Below are positions 47,997 to 57,637 of a DNA stretch of 64,000 bases, in pieces. Position 1 is the first letter of the stretch; each line of letters begins with the position of its first letter. Made by a program: the position numbers and the translations under genes. Under the pieces are notes generated by a model. The model saw nothing but the letters and a program-made list of their open reading frames with translations. It searched no databases and was not told the DNA's origin. This DNA comes from an uncultured Solibacteraceae bacterium. GTDB taxonomy: Bacteria; Acidobacteriota; Terriglobia; Bryobacterales; Bryobacteraceae. The stretch covers positions 4,218,566-4,282,565 of the forward strand of contig CAWFHD010000003.1 in the NCBI GenBank assembly GCA_963815475.1, given 5' to 3'.

Positions 47997-49126
47997 CTCT
48001 CGTCCTCCATCCGACCGGTGCGGTAGGGAAGCGTCATCGTCACCTGAACTCCTCGGGGAATCCGGTTCTCCATCGAGAGCGTGGCCTCGCTGCCGTAGAG
48101 GCGCTTCAATCGATTCCTCGTGTTCCTGAGACCGATACCCTTTTCCTCGAAAACGGGGGCGGAGCAGCCAGGTCCGTCATCTGTGACTGTTAATGTCAGA
48201 TGGCCGTTGACGCTGGATACGCCGACGTGGATGAGCACAGGTTCCTCGCTTTGTCCTAATCCATGGCGCACCGCATTCTCCACTAGCGGCTGCAGCGCCA
48301 TATGCGGAACCAGCGCATCCGAGACCTCGGGGCCGGCGTCAATCCTTACGCGCAGCCGATCCTCAAACCGAACCTGCTCGATCGAGAGATAGATCCGCAG
48401 GAATTCCAGCTCACGCCACAGCGGCACCTCCTGCGTCTCCACATCGTCCAGGGTGTGCCGGAGTAAGTCGCTGAGGCGGCTCAGCATTGTCTCGGCCTCC
48501 CGCCCCTTTCCCTGCCGCACCAGCACCATGATCGCGCTCAGCGTGTTGAAGAGAAAGTGCGGGTGCAATTGCATCTTCAGAGCGCTCAGTTGCGATGAAG
48601 TCAACTGCTCCGCGAGCTGGGAAGAGTGAACCTTGAGTTCCAGCGCCTCACGCTCGCGCCGGCGAGCTTCTTTGTTGGATCGGAAGAGAGACTGCAGGCC
48701 GATCACTACCCAGTATCGGATGATGCCACCGTGCAGGTCGTATGGCAGAAGACGCCAAAAACCGGCGGCGAACGACATGGGCCCGGTAGCAGCCGGCAGG
48801 ATTCGGAGAGCGGACAGCACCGGCACTTCCAGCGCAGTCGACACCAGCGAGAATACGACCGAGGCGCCGAGGTGAAGCGCGATCGGCTTCCAGCCGTGCG
48901 CCTCGTCCACAATCCAGCGCCGGCCGAGCCGCAGGATTGGAGGCGTGAATGCCGCGCAAATGTACATTGCGAACATCCAGCCGATAATGTCGCTCCGCCA
49001 CGGGAATGGCTCATTGCGAGAGAGCCGTGTGATGAACTCCTGGGAGAGATAAAACAGTCCCGCCGCGGTCCAGGCGAGCCAATACTTCCCCCAGTTTCGA
49101 ACTGTAGGAGACGAAAGTCGCAACAT
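47987..49126 (-). CDS. LytS/YehU-type sensor histidine kinase (His_kinase + HATPase_c) with 4-5 TM sensor
   Basis: H-box LHPHFLFNTLSAI. N-box VPHMALQPLVENAVRHG. G-box DDGPG. The stop overlaps the regulator start. Confidence 0.9.
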   Translation of the reverse strand: MLRLSSPTVRNWGKYWLAWTAAGLFYLSQEFITRLSRNEPFPWRSDIIGWMFAMYICAAFTPPILRLGRRWIVDEAHGWKPIALHLGASVVFSLVSTALEVPVLSALRILPAATGPMSFAAGFWRLLPYDLHGGIIRYWVVIGLQSLFRSNKEARRREREALELKVHSSQLAEQLTSSQLSALKMQLHPHFLFNTLSAIMVLVRQGKGREAETMLSRLSDLLRHTLDDVETQEVPLWRELEFLRIYLSIEQVRFEDRLRVRIDAGPEVSDALVPHMALQPLVENAVRHGLGQSEEPVLIHVGVSSVNGHLTLTVTDDGPGCSAPVFEEKGIGLRNTRNRLKRLYGSEATLSMENRIPRGVQVTMTLPYRTGRMEDERCV

Positions 49127-49378
49127 TCGCTTCCTTCCATTCTTCTATGGATGCGGCCAAAACGGAAGCCAGTCCTGACCAACCGGGAGATTTCGGGGAC
49201 GAGCGGCCAGGGTCAATCCAGGAACGCATTTGGAGGAGTCTCTTGGAGCATTCGCCTCTCGCATGTGCCGCTCCAGCACCTCGAACGGCCGGTCCGTCAA
49301 AAAACGCTACTCGTGCCGCGCCGCGCACATCACAATCGGACTACACGACGGACGGTTGGTACGACAGAGGAGAGGAAT

Positions 49379-50320
49379 ATGCAAAGCAATCGGAAGCGAA
49401 TCGTGCGAGTCACCAGCGTGGCGCTCTCGTTGGTGGGGTTAGGCATCACCGCGGTGGAAAGGCCGGAGGTTTCGTTCCCGGACGGCTATCGCTCGTGGCA
49501 GCATGTAAAGTCCGTCGTAAGCGGACCCGAGCATAAGTCGTTCGCCACTGAGGGAGGAAAGATCTTCGAGTTCTACGCCAATCCGCCGGCAGTCGAAGGA
49601 TATCGCGAGGGGCGATTTTCCAATGGCTCCATCATCGTTCGCGAAACCCTGCTGGCCGTCGCGGGCGAGGGCGATTCCAAAGGCATCCTCAACGAGGGAG
49701 ATCGTACTGGGCTGGATGTCATGGTGAAAGACGATCGGCTGTACCCGGAGACGGGAGGCTGGGGATTCGAAACCTTCGACGCTAAGAACGCCAGGCTGTC
49801 AGAGACAGGTCGGGCTCAATGCTACACCTGCCATTCCAAGCAGAAGGATCACGACCTGGTTTTCAGCACCCTCCGCGCTGCCGACACGGGCACGCCGTAT
49901 CCCGATGGGTATCGGCAGTGGACCTTCCTCCACAGCTCGATGGTTCCACCCACCTTCGATTCTTTCAAAAAGAAGCCTTGCGAAAAGCCGTGCACGGCAG
50001 GCATATTTCATTTCTACGCGAACGGCAAAGCCATGGAGGGTCTGCGCACGGGCTCGTATCCCGATGGAGCGATCATTGCCGAAGAGATGCTGGAGTGGCT
50101 CTCCGCGGGTTCCGGCGCTAAGGAGGGGCAGCGCCGCATAATTGGCGTCATGGTGAAAGACAGCCAACGCTATAGCTCCACGGGAGGCTGGGGATACGGA
50201 AATTTCGACGATGGCAGCAGGACCGACACTTTGGATGCTAAACAGCGCCAGGCTTGCCATCAGTGCCACGTTGCGCGCAAGGACAAGGGGTACGTCTTTG
50301 CGGAGTACCGGGAGAGATAG
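49379..50320 (+). CDS. Tandem (two-domain) cytochrome P460-family haem protein
   Basis: ATG 49379 follows GAGGAGAGGA. An N-terminal hydrophobic anchor is present. There are two repeats of the pattern PDGYR.W...FYAN...GGWG(F/Y)..FD...C..CH...D.VF, with haem motifs CYTCH and CHQCH. Confidence 0.75.
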   Translation: MQSNRKRIVRVTSVALSLVGLGITAVERPEVSFPDGYRSWQHVKSVVSGPEHKSFATEGGKIFEFYANPPAVEGYREGRFSNGSIIVRETLLAVAGEGDSKGILNEGDRTGLDVMVKDDRLYPETGGWGFETFDAKNARLSETGRAQCYTCHSKQKDHDLVFSTLRAADTGTPYPDGYRQWTFLHSSMVPPTFDSFKKKPCEKPCTAGIFHFYANGKAMEGLRTGSYPDGAIIAEEMLEWLSAGSGAKEGQRRIIGVMVKDSQRYSSTGGWGYGNFDDGSRTDTLDAKQRQACHQCHVARKDKGYVFAEYRER

Positions 50321-50505
50321 CGGACCTTTCTCGCGTTTGGCCAGGTGGGCTCGCGTGGTATCCTGACACTGGCGCATCCCAGGACGCCGCTGTGTCCGCG
50401 GAAAGGGACCGAGTCCCGCCTGGAGCTTTCGCAGTTCGATTTTCTCAGCCATTGACTCTTTTCTGCCCGAGCAAGCGGACACCGGGCGCAAGAAAGGAGC
50501 TCTTT

Positions 50506-52419
50506 GTGAAACCGTCATTTCCCACCCGGCGACTTCCGAAACGTCCGGATCTAGAACAACTCAAACGCCAGGCCAAAGAACTGCTAGACGCCTACCGCGC
50601 GGGCGATGCAAGCGCCGTCGCCGAAGTAAAGCGGTTCTATCACGACGCCGATTCCGCCACCTTCGCGCTGCACGACGCGCAACTCGTGCTGGCGCGCAAT
50701 CACGGATACGGCAGTTGGCCGAAACTGAAAGCCTACGTCGATGGCGTCACCGCCACCCGACTGATGGAGGCCGTGCGTGCCAACCGAATCGAACAGGTGC
50801 TCGCGATTCTCCGCATCCGCCCTGAACTCGTCAATATTGAAGAGCCGGGAACTCATGGCCACAGCGCACTGCACTACGCCGTGATGACGCGCAAGCCCGA
50901 AATGGTGTGTGTCCTGATGCAGCTTGGGGCGAATCCAAACGCCACCGTGTATCCCCGCTACGATGCCACCACGCCGCTCATCATCGCTATCGAGCGCGGC
51001 TATGACGAAATTGCCGCCATCATTCGCGAAGAAGAAAAGCGCCGTGGGACGGGAGGTCCCACCACTTCCGACATCCCCACCAAACTCCACAACGCGCTTC
51101 AGGCGGGCGACGAACCCGCGGCCATAGCCGTCCTCGAACGTCATCCCGATTTAGTGGCCTATCGTCACCCGGAAACGCAGCGCACGTTCCTGCACATCGC
51201 CGCCGCCCGACTGCTCCCGCGCGCCGCCACATGGCTCCTCGATCACGGTGTGGACGTCCACGCGCAGGCCGCGGATCAATCGACGCCGCTCGAAGTGGCC
51301 GGAATCCTGTGCAATCCGAATCATCGCGTCGAAGGAGTCGCCGAAATCGCCAGCCTGTTGCTCCAGCGAGGGGCTACTATCACTCCGCGCGCCGCTGTGA
51401 TCCTCGGCGACGAAGCGTTTCTTCGGCGCAAACACGCGGTGGAAGACATCGTCACGCCACGCGACGACCGGGGCTGGCTGCTTAGCCTCGCGGTCGATTG
51501 CAACCGCTCCGAAATCCTCAAACTCCTCCTGGATTTCGGACTCGATCCTGATGCGCGCGTCCGGGTCAGCGGCGAAGAGGAGCCCGCCTACACGTGGGGC
51601 ATGCCTCTGTACCAGTGCGCCCGATACGGGAAACCTGAGATGGCCGAAACGCTTCTCCAATACGGCGCCGATCCGAACGGCCAGGTCTATGCCAGCGGCA
51701 CTCCGCTCTCTGAGGCCTATGGCCAGCGTGATGAGAAGATGATCGCGCTGCTGGAGAGGCACGGCGGACAATCAAACCCGTCGATGGCGGGGCTCTACCG
51801 CCGCCCCGATCTCGCGCGCAAGCTACTCCAGAAATACGGCGACACGCCGCTTCCCGACGACGGCTTCGGCAAGGGAACGGTCGCGGAACAACTGATCGGC
51901 GCGGCGGCGCGCGGCGGGGATGCGGAGATTTTTCGCTTGGCCCTCGAGCACATCCGCCTGCCGAACGGCGATCCGAGGTGGAACGGTCTTCTGCTCGCGC
52001 CGCTCGGATTCTGGAATCACTGGATCGGTCCGTGGCGCCATCCGGAATGGGACCGCATGGGCTATTTCGAAATCTTCAAGATGATTCTCGAACGCTCGGG
52101 CCCGCCCAACGCTCCGCTGCGTAACGGCGCGACCATCCTGCACGAGATTGTCACCACCGGCGATCACGTCACCGATGAAGAACGCGTAGCCTTCGCTAGC
52201 GCCGCGCTCGATGCCGGCGCCCGCCTTGATCTCCGCGATGACGTCCTGAAAAGCACTCCGCTCGGTTGGGCATGCCGATGGGGTCGCGAGGAGTTAGCGC
52301 GGCTGTTCCTCGCACGCGGCGCCGATCCTGTCGAACCCAATAGCGAGCCCTGGGCAAGGCCTCTCGCCTGGGCGGAGAAGAAGGGTCATCACGCCATCGC
52401 GAAGATCCTGAAGCAGTAA
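50506..52419 (+). CDS. Ankyrin-repeat protein (637 aa), no signal peptide
   Basis: GTG 50506 lies 6 nt after AAAGGAG. N-terminal helical motif LEQLKRQAKELLDAYRAGD...HDAQLVLARNHGYGSWPKLKAYV. Multiple ANK repeats (ALHYAVMTRKPEMVCVLMQLGANPNA, TPLGWACRWGREELARLFLARGADP). Confidence 0.8.
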   Translation: MKPSFPTRRLPKRPDLEQLKRQAKELLDAYRAGDASAVAEVKRFYHDADSATFALHDAQLVLARNHGYGSWPKLKAYVDGVTATRLMEAVRANRIEQVLAILRIRPELVNIEEPGTHGHSALHYAVMTRKPEMVCVLMQLGANPNATVYPRYDATTPLIIAIERGYDEIAAIIREEEKRRGTGGPTTSDIPTKLHNALQAGDEPAAIAVLERHPDLVAYRHPETQRTFLHIAAARLLPRAATWLLDHGVDVHAQAADQSTPLEVAGILCNPNHRVEGVAEIASLLLQRGATITPRAAVILGDEAFLRRKHAVEDIVTPRDDRGWLLSLAVDCNRSEILKLLLDFGLDPDARVRVSGEEEPAYTWGMPLYQCARYGKPEMAETLLQYGADPNGQVYASGTPLSEAYGQRDEKMIALLERHGGQSNPSMAGLYRRPDLARKLLQKYGDTPLPDDGFGKGTVAEQLIGAAARGGDAEIFRLALEHIRLPNGDPRWNGLLLAPLGFWNHWIGPWRHPEWDRMGYFEIFKMILERSGPPNAPLRNGATILHEIVTTGDHVTDEERVAFASAALDAGARLDLRDDVLKSTPLGWACRWGREELARLFLARGADPVEPNSEPWARPLAWAEKKGHHAIAKILKQ

Positions 52420-52434
52420 CCGCCCTTCAGGCGT

Positions 52435-53757
52435 TCACGAGTTCCGGCGCCTCTTCTGATCTCCGCGACTTTCACCGGCAAAATGCCGGCCTGCCTCATT
52501 TCCATCGAGATCGAGAAGTTCGCGGAAGGCCGCCTCAATCGTTCGCACGGCATTGCTCAATTCATGCAGCCAACTGCCCCAGAACTGCTCGATCGAAGGC
52601 ACCTGGTGGGTTTGACGAATCTCGCGCTGGATTTCTTTCCGCACCGAGGGGAGGTCAAAACCGCGCAGCATGGCAGCCCCGACATCGGTGAGATTGATCC
52701 GGTCGTTCACATCGACACAGAGAAGCTCCTTGCGGAACGCGCGTTCCCCGCCATCCTTGCCGGTAAACGACACGCGCTCCTGGAAGGTGATGGCGCCCGA
52801 AAGAACTCTGGCGTCATTCGTCATTTGCAGCAGCGTGGTCGCGGTGGTGGGGGCCTTCACGCCGATGGGCGGACTGGTGTCGTGCAGCCGAACCTGCGCG
52901 GGACCGGAGATGCCCACCCAGAGATCGCTCGCCAGCTGAGTCATCGAAAAATAGTTGGAGACGATCGCTTCCAGTTCCCGGTCTTCGAGCTTTTCGATCT
53001 CCTTGGGTTGGAAACGCGTGGCTTCATCGGCGCGTTTGATGAAGTCGGCCTGATATTGCGTGCCCTCATACAACCGATTGAGAATCTCCGCGGTCCAGTT
53101 CGGCTGGCGATAGGTCCAGGCGACCGGGATGATCTCCGCGCCTAACTGTTGGAGCCGCGACAACGATCGTGTAGATCAGCTTCTTGTTACTGCTCTCGAT
53201 GTAGACGCGGCCTTCGTTGAAGTCCAGGAGCACCGGAACCTGTTTGCGAACGGCGGCCGTCACGCCGAGCGTCTCCTGGTCAACCGACTTCTTGTCGATC
53301 GGCTTGCAGAAACCGATAAGGCCGCTCCAGCAAGGTATAGGAACGCTGCTCCTTGATGGAGGCCAAATCGCTGACGTCCTTCCATTCATTCGAGACAGCC
53401 CATAGTCCATACCAGGGCATGTGTGGCGTGAAGCTGGAACTGCGCCGCGGTGAACCCATAGCCCGCGCAGTCCAAGACCTCTGTGGGAAGGGTGTGATCG
53501 GAGCCCTCCTCGTGTTCCGTGATCGCATACTGCGCGAGTGCCTCCTGGTGCTCTAAACCGATTGGATGCTCTTCGTCGAGACGGGGAGCGCCGAAAGGAT
53601 TGATCCCGAGCGCATCGGAACTGAATTGCCGGGTGACGGCGGATGCGGCCATCTGCGAACAGGCCGCCATGACCGATCGGTCTTCCAGGTTTGTTCTGAA
53701 GGTTTCGAGTGATTCTTTCGCGAGCCCAACAATGGCCCAGGTACCACGTCCAAACAT
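52435..53757 (-). pseudogene. Unknown-function gene disrupted by three same-direction 1-nt frameshifts
   Basis: Four overlapping minus-strand ORFs have protein-like parts that join end to end: MFGRGTWAIV...GYGFT | ..PHMPWYGLWAVSNEWKDVSDLASIKEQRSYTLLERPYRFLQ | KPIDKKSVDQETLGVTAAVRKQVPVLLDFNEGRVYIESSNKKLIYTIV | SRLQQLGAEIIPVAW... to the stop at 52435. Confidence 0.55.
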
Positions 53758-54020
53758 GCGCACTTCCTGTTCTTGTTCTACTGAGGGTCGATCAACACCT
53801 GAAGCTGGCAGCGCGAGGGAACTGGTCGGCTGGGAAATCGCGCAAGGAACTTGTCCCCACGGCTTGGCGGTTGACCCCTGACCTCCCAACCTTTTTACCA
53901 CGGCGCGGCTTTCGGCGGGTCTGTTTCTGCTCGCCGCTCAGCGCAGATCGCCGTCCGGCCGATCGGCGGATTGATGAATGCACGAAACGTCGGAAGACGA
54001 TTGCCCTCTCAAGCGTGCCA

Positions 54021-54058
54021 AAGAAAAAGGGCCGTCCCTTGTCTCCAAGAGCCGGCCC
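54021..54058 (-). terminator. Rho-independent terminator after the TonB-dependent receptor gene
   Basis: The minus strand reads GGGCCGGCTCTT-ggagac-AAGGGACGGCCC (12-bp stem, one mismatch) followed by TTTTTCTT, 34 nt after the stop at 54092. Confidence 0.7.
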
Positions 54059-54091
54059 ATCGTTATCCCGGAACTAGATGGTCGTTTCCGA

Positions 54092-57000
54092 TCAGAAAAA
54101 GAACTTCGCGACCACCTGTATATTGCGTTCGCCTTCGGAACTGCGGAGCTGTCCAAAGAGCGTCGAAGTAATCGTCTGCGATGCTGGGCTAAAGAAGATT
54201 GGCGTGTTCGTGGCGCCGAAAGCTTCTCCACGCAGTTCGAAGTATTTCTTCTCCGTGACGTGGAACTGTTTGGCGAGCGAAAGGTCCAGGCGCGTTTCGC
54301 CCGGTCCGCGCACAACACCCGGGGCCGAGTTGCCGAAGGTGTGCAGAGCCGGTGTCGCGTAAGCGGAGACATCCAGCCAGGTGTTACCCGGTCCAATCTG
54401 ATGTGGATCGTTCGGTGTGCCGATCACACTCGCTCGGAAGCTGCGCGCCCCGGTCCCCGACGGATCGCTTGCCAGTTTGATAGTGAGTGGGAACCCGGTG
54501 TGGTAGGTGAAGATTCCGCCCACCTGCCAGCCACCCAGAATCGCATCCACGCCCTTGTTCCAGTTCGTCCCCATCTTTCGACCGCGCCCGAACGGTAGCT
54601 CGTAAACCACCGACGGAACGAAGTTGAACTTCTCGTCGAAGTAGGTCGGGCTGAATTCCGACTGCTGGTTGAAGAGGTTCTGCCAGTAAGCCGATTGGCT
54701 GCCGGCCTGGGCGCCCTGACCGTAGTAGCCGATAGAATCGGACATGCCGCGGGAATACGTGAACGCCATCTGGTAGCTGAGTCCGCTGCCGAAGCGCTTG
54801 CGCAGCGTCGCCTGCAGTGCGTTGTATTTTTGCTTGGCGCAGGAGCAGGTTCCCGAAATCTGGCCGATCTCGCCGCGGAGGGTGGGATTACCCGAGAGGT
54901 ACGGGCCGGAAACCACCGTGCCGTTGACAATCTGGTTCTGGAAATACGGCATGGCCACCATCAGGTGATCGCCATGTTGCCCGACGTACCCCACCGTGAG
55001 GACATTGCCTCCGGCGAATTGATGTTCGGAGGTAATGTTCCACTGCTGCACATCCGCCGGCCGGACAAATGGATCCCAAAGCCGGATGGTGGCGCCCGCA
55101 TAGGGATTTTTCGCGCTGATTTGCGATAGCCCCTGATCGAGAGTGCTGCCCGGCAGCGCGTACTGCGCGCCGGCGATGTTGTAATTCGATTCGAACTCCT
55201 GCTCGTAGGGCGGGTTCAACGGCAGTCTGAGGTTAGTGCCCGTGCCCTCAAGATAGGAAGAAATGGTGTAAGAACCGCGGAATACCAACTTGTTCTTCAG
55301 CATCTGGGGCGTATAAGCGAAACCGATGCGCGGCTGGAAGTCCTTCTTGTAAGTGTTGTACAGTGCGCGATTGCTTTGCACCAGCGGCGCTTGCCCCGGA
55401 GGCGCCACCAGGCCCGCCGGCAGCGGCGCAGCCAGTTCCAGTTGCCCGCTGAACTCGTCGAAATTAGCTTGCCGGTTTTCCACCTCGACCCATGGTGTGT
55501 GGTATTCCCAGCGTAGCCCGAGATTCAACGTCAGGTTATTGGTAATACGCCAGTCGTCCTGAAAGTAAGCTGCCCAGACTGTGGCCCGCTGTCCCCACGT
55601 GCCGGACTGCAAACCACGGCCCACATCGTCCGGAAGGCCTAACATGAAATCTGCCTCACCCAACGTGACGGTCGGATTAACGGAGTTCTGTCCCGTGAAC
55701 CGGCCGTTGAAAGCGATGAAACCGCTCCGGCCGTTATTGCCCGCGTAGAATACATTGATCCATTGGCGCAACGCCTGCACGCCCATCTTCATCTGATGGC
55801 GGCCACGGATCAGAGTCAGGTTGTCGGCATAGTGCCAGGTGGTGTTGGCGAAAAGTTGTTGCACACCGATATTGGCATTGCCGATCCCGCTCATGTAGGT
55901 AAAGCCCTGTAAGCTGAGCAGGCCCTGTCCGGCAGCGGCAATCCCGGCATTGAGTCCGATATTGCCCAGGCCTTTGTCGGCGCCTCCATTGTCCAACATG
56001 ACGTTGTTCACGCCGAAACGCGCTTCGTTCACCATCCTCGGTCCGAAGGTGTGGGTCCAGTCGATTACCTGGTTCTGGAATGGCGACCGGTTAAAGCTGT
56101 TATAGAACAGAGGGAATGTATTGACTCCCGGATTGTCCTGCATTCCGTGAGAGTAGCGAAAACTCAGATACTCTTTTTCGCCTGGTCTCCAGTCGAGCTT
56201 CGCATCGCCCTGGTCGCTCTTGATATAGCTGGCGCTGCCGTAGGTGTAATTGGGCGTCGAGATGGTGCTGGTCTGCGGGCCTGGGTACAGCGAGCTGTTG
56301 GTCATCAACTTCACAGCGGCGGGACTCAGCAAGTTCTGCGGAATGATATTACCCGCAAAGGGGGCGCGTAAACCAGTGGTTGGATCCACCGAGAAAGGAT
56401 TGTAGAGCTGCACCACTTTGCCCACGGAATTTGGGCCGGTAGTATTCAGCAGTGAGGAAAAATCGCCGCCGCGCCACGCCGTCGGCATGACATATGCGGA
56501 GCTGAGCGTGGTCGGGCTGGCTTGCCGCAAGCCCTGATAATCCGCGAAGAAGAACAACTTGTCCTTGATGATGCGGCCGCCGGCCGTGGCGCCGAACTGG
56601 TTCCAACGTAGCGGGGGCTTCGGTAATGCCTGCCAGTTTCGGCCCCAGTTGTTGGCGTTCAATTTGTCATTGCGGAAATACTCGAAGACATCGCCGTGAA
56701 ACCCGTTGGTGCCGCTCTTGATCACCATATTGACAACGCCGCCTTGAAAATTGCCGAATTCGGCCGAGGCGTTGTTGGTGATCAACTTGAACTCCTCTAA
56801 GGCGTCGGGATTCGGCTGGTACGAAACCAGATTGTCCGACGTGAAATTGTTGTCCACACCATCCAGCAGGAAGTTGTTGGACTCCTCACGATTGCCGTTC
56901 ACGTAAGGCCGCCCGCCGCCCGCCGATCGCAAGCCGCTATTGAAACTGTTTGGATCCGGCGTGGTCACACCGGCGGTCAGCAGCGTCAGGGCAACCGGAT

Positions 57001-57451
57001 TGCGGCTGATCAGCGGCAGATTCGCAATCGTCTTGGCGTCCATCACCGCTCCCACTTGTGTGGTATCCGTCTGCAACAACGGAGCCTCGCCGGTTACCTG
57101 CACGCTTTCGGTGATTGCGCCCACCTCCATGGCGACATCCACGCGAGCCCTTTGGTTGACCTCCAGTGTAATTTCAGGATTAATAAGCGTCTTGAACCCG
57201 GTGGCTTCGACCTTCAGTTGATATCTGCCGACCGGTATACGCGGGAAGACATAGATACCGTCAATGTTCGTTGTAGTGGGCCAATCGGTGCCGCGGTCCA
57301 GATCTTTCGCTGTGACCTTGGCGCCCACAATGGCACTAGTCGAAGGATCGGTAACGCGACCGGTGATCCCGGCGCTAACTTCCTGGGCATACGCCGACGC
57401 CATGCTCAGGCAGACCAATCCTCCAATCATGAACCCCATTCGTCCAGTCAT
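54092..57451 (-). CDS. TonB-dependent outer-membrane receptor with N-terminal carboxypeptidase-regulatory-like domain
   Basis: Signal peptide MGFMIGGLVCLSMASAYAQ. CarboxypepD_reg-like segment ITGRVTDPS...VTAKDL...TTTNIDGIYVFPRIPVGRYQLKVEATGF. Plug and barrel regions. Terminal aromatic VVAKFFF. ATG 57451 is preferred over the track start at 57577. Confidence 0.85.
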   Translation of the reverse strand: MTGRMGFMIGGLVCLSMASAYAQEVSAGITGRVTDPSTSAIVGAKVTAKDLDRGTDWPTTTNIDGIYVFPRIPVGRYQLKVEATGFKTLINPEITLEVNQRARVDVAMEVGAITESVQVTGEAPLLQTDTTQVGAVMDAKTIANLPLISRNPVALTLLTAGVTTPDPNSFNSGLRSAGGGRPYVNGNREESNNFLLDGVDNNFTSDNLVSYQPNPDALEEFKLITNNASAEFGNFQGGVVNMVIKSGTNGFHGDVFEYFRNDKLNANNWGRNWQALPKPPLRWNQFGATAGGRIIKDKLFFFADYQGLRQASPTTLSSAYVMPTAWRGGDFSSLLNTTGPNSVGKVVQLYNPFSVDPTTGLRAPFAGNIIPQNLLSPAAVKLMTNSSLYPGPQTSTISTPNYTYGSASYIKSDQGDAKLDWRPGEKEYLSFRYSHGMQDNPGVNTFPLFYNSFNRSPFQNQVIDWTHTFGPRMVNEARFGVNNVMLDNGGADKGLGNIGLNAGIAAAGQGLLSLQGFTYMSGIGNANIGVQQLFANTTWHYADNLTLIRGRHQMKMGVQALRQWINVFYAGNNGRSGFIAFNGRFTGQNSVNPTVTLGEADFMLGLPDDVGRGLQSGTWGQRATVWAAYFQDDWRITNNLTLNLGLRWEYHTPWVEVENRQANFDEFSGQLELAAPLPAGLVAPPGQAPLVQSNRALYNTYKKDFQPRIGFAYTPQMLKNKLVFRGSYTISSYLEGTGTNLRLPLNPPYEQEFESNYNIAGAQYALPGSTLDQGLSQISAKNPYAGATIRLWDPFVRPADVQQWNITSEHQFAGGNVLTVGYVGQHGDHLMVAMPYFQNQIVNGTVVSGPYLSGNPTLRGEIGQISGTCSCAKQKYNALQATLRKRFGSGLSYQMAFTYSRGMSDSIGYYGQGAQAGSQSAYWQNLFNQQSEFSPTYFDEKFNFVPSVVYELPFGRGRKMGTNWNKGVDAILGGWQVGGIFTYHTGFPLTIKLASDPSGTGARSFRASVIGTPNDPHQIGPGNTWLDVSAYATPALHTFGNSAPGVVRGPGETRLDLSLAKQFHVTEKKYFELRGEAFGATNTPIFFSPASQTITSTLFGQLRSSEGERNIQVVAKFFF

Positions 57452-57608
57452 AGTGACCCCCCTTTTTGATACTGGTTTTCGCCCAGGCCAAGAAACGTCA
57501 GGGCCTATCGGGCGAACTAGCCTTGTGTCCCCGGTTTGCTCCGAATCACGCCCCCGTAGGCGCATCCGAAAAAGCAAGCAATGCTAACTCCCTATTGCAA
57601 TCGCCAAG

Positions 57609-57637
57609 ATTATGTCATCCTAACCTTAGGGTGTCAA
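57609..57637 (-). promoter_or_regulatory. Near-consensus sigma70-type promoter for the TonB-dependent receptor
   Basis: The minus strand reads TTGACA (57637-57632), an exact 17-nt spacer, then CATAAT (57614-57609). This predicts a ~150-nt leader. Confidence 0.6.

Noticed and set aside
48626-49378. Upstream extensions of track ORFs 48626-50320, 50254-52419, 43837-45753, 20196-22028 and 40620-44096
   Set aside because: The extensions overlap neighbouring genes and read as low-complexity text. In each case an internal start with an SD-like sequence, a signal peptide or a conserved N-terminus fits better.
52435-53757. Assignment of the frameshifted gene as RdgC
   Set aside because: Only the loose central and C-terminal texture resembles RdgC (SSNKKLIYTIVSRLQQLGAEIIPVAW versus the AASAKKAE..LL..LRK.LGSLPV.P pattern). 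The N-terminus lacks the MWFKN-type start. This is too weak to call.
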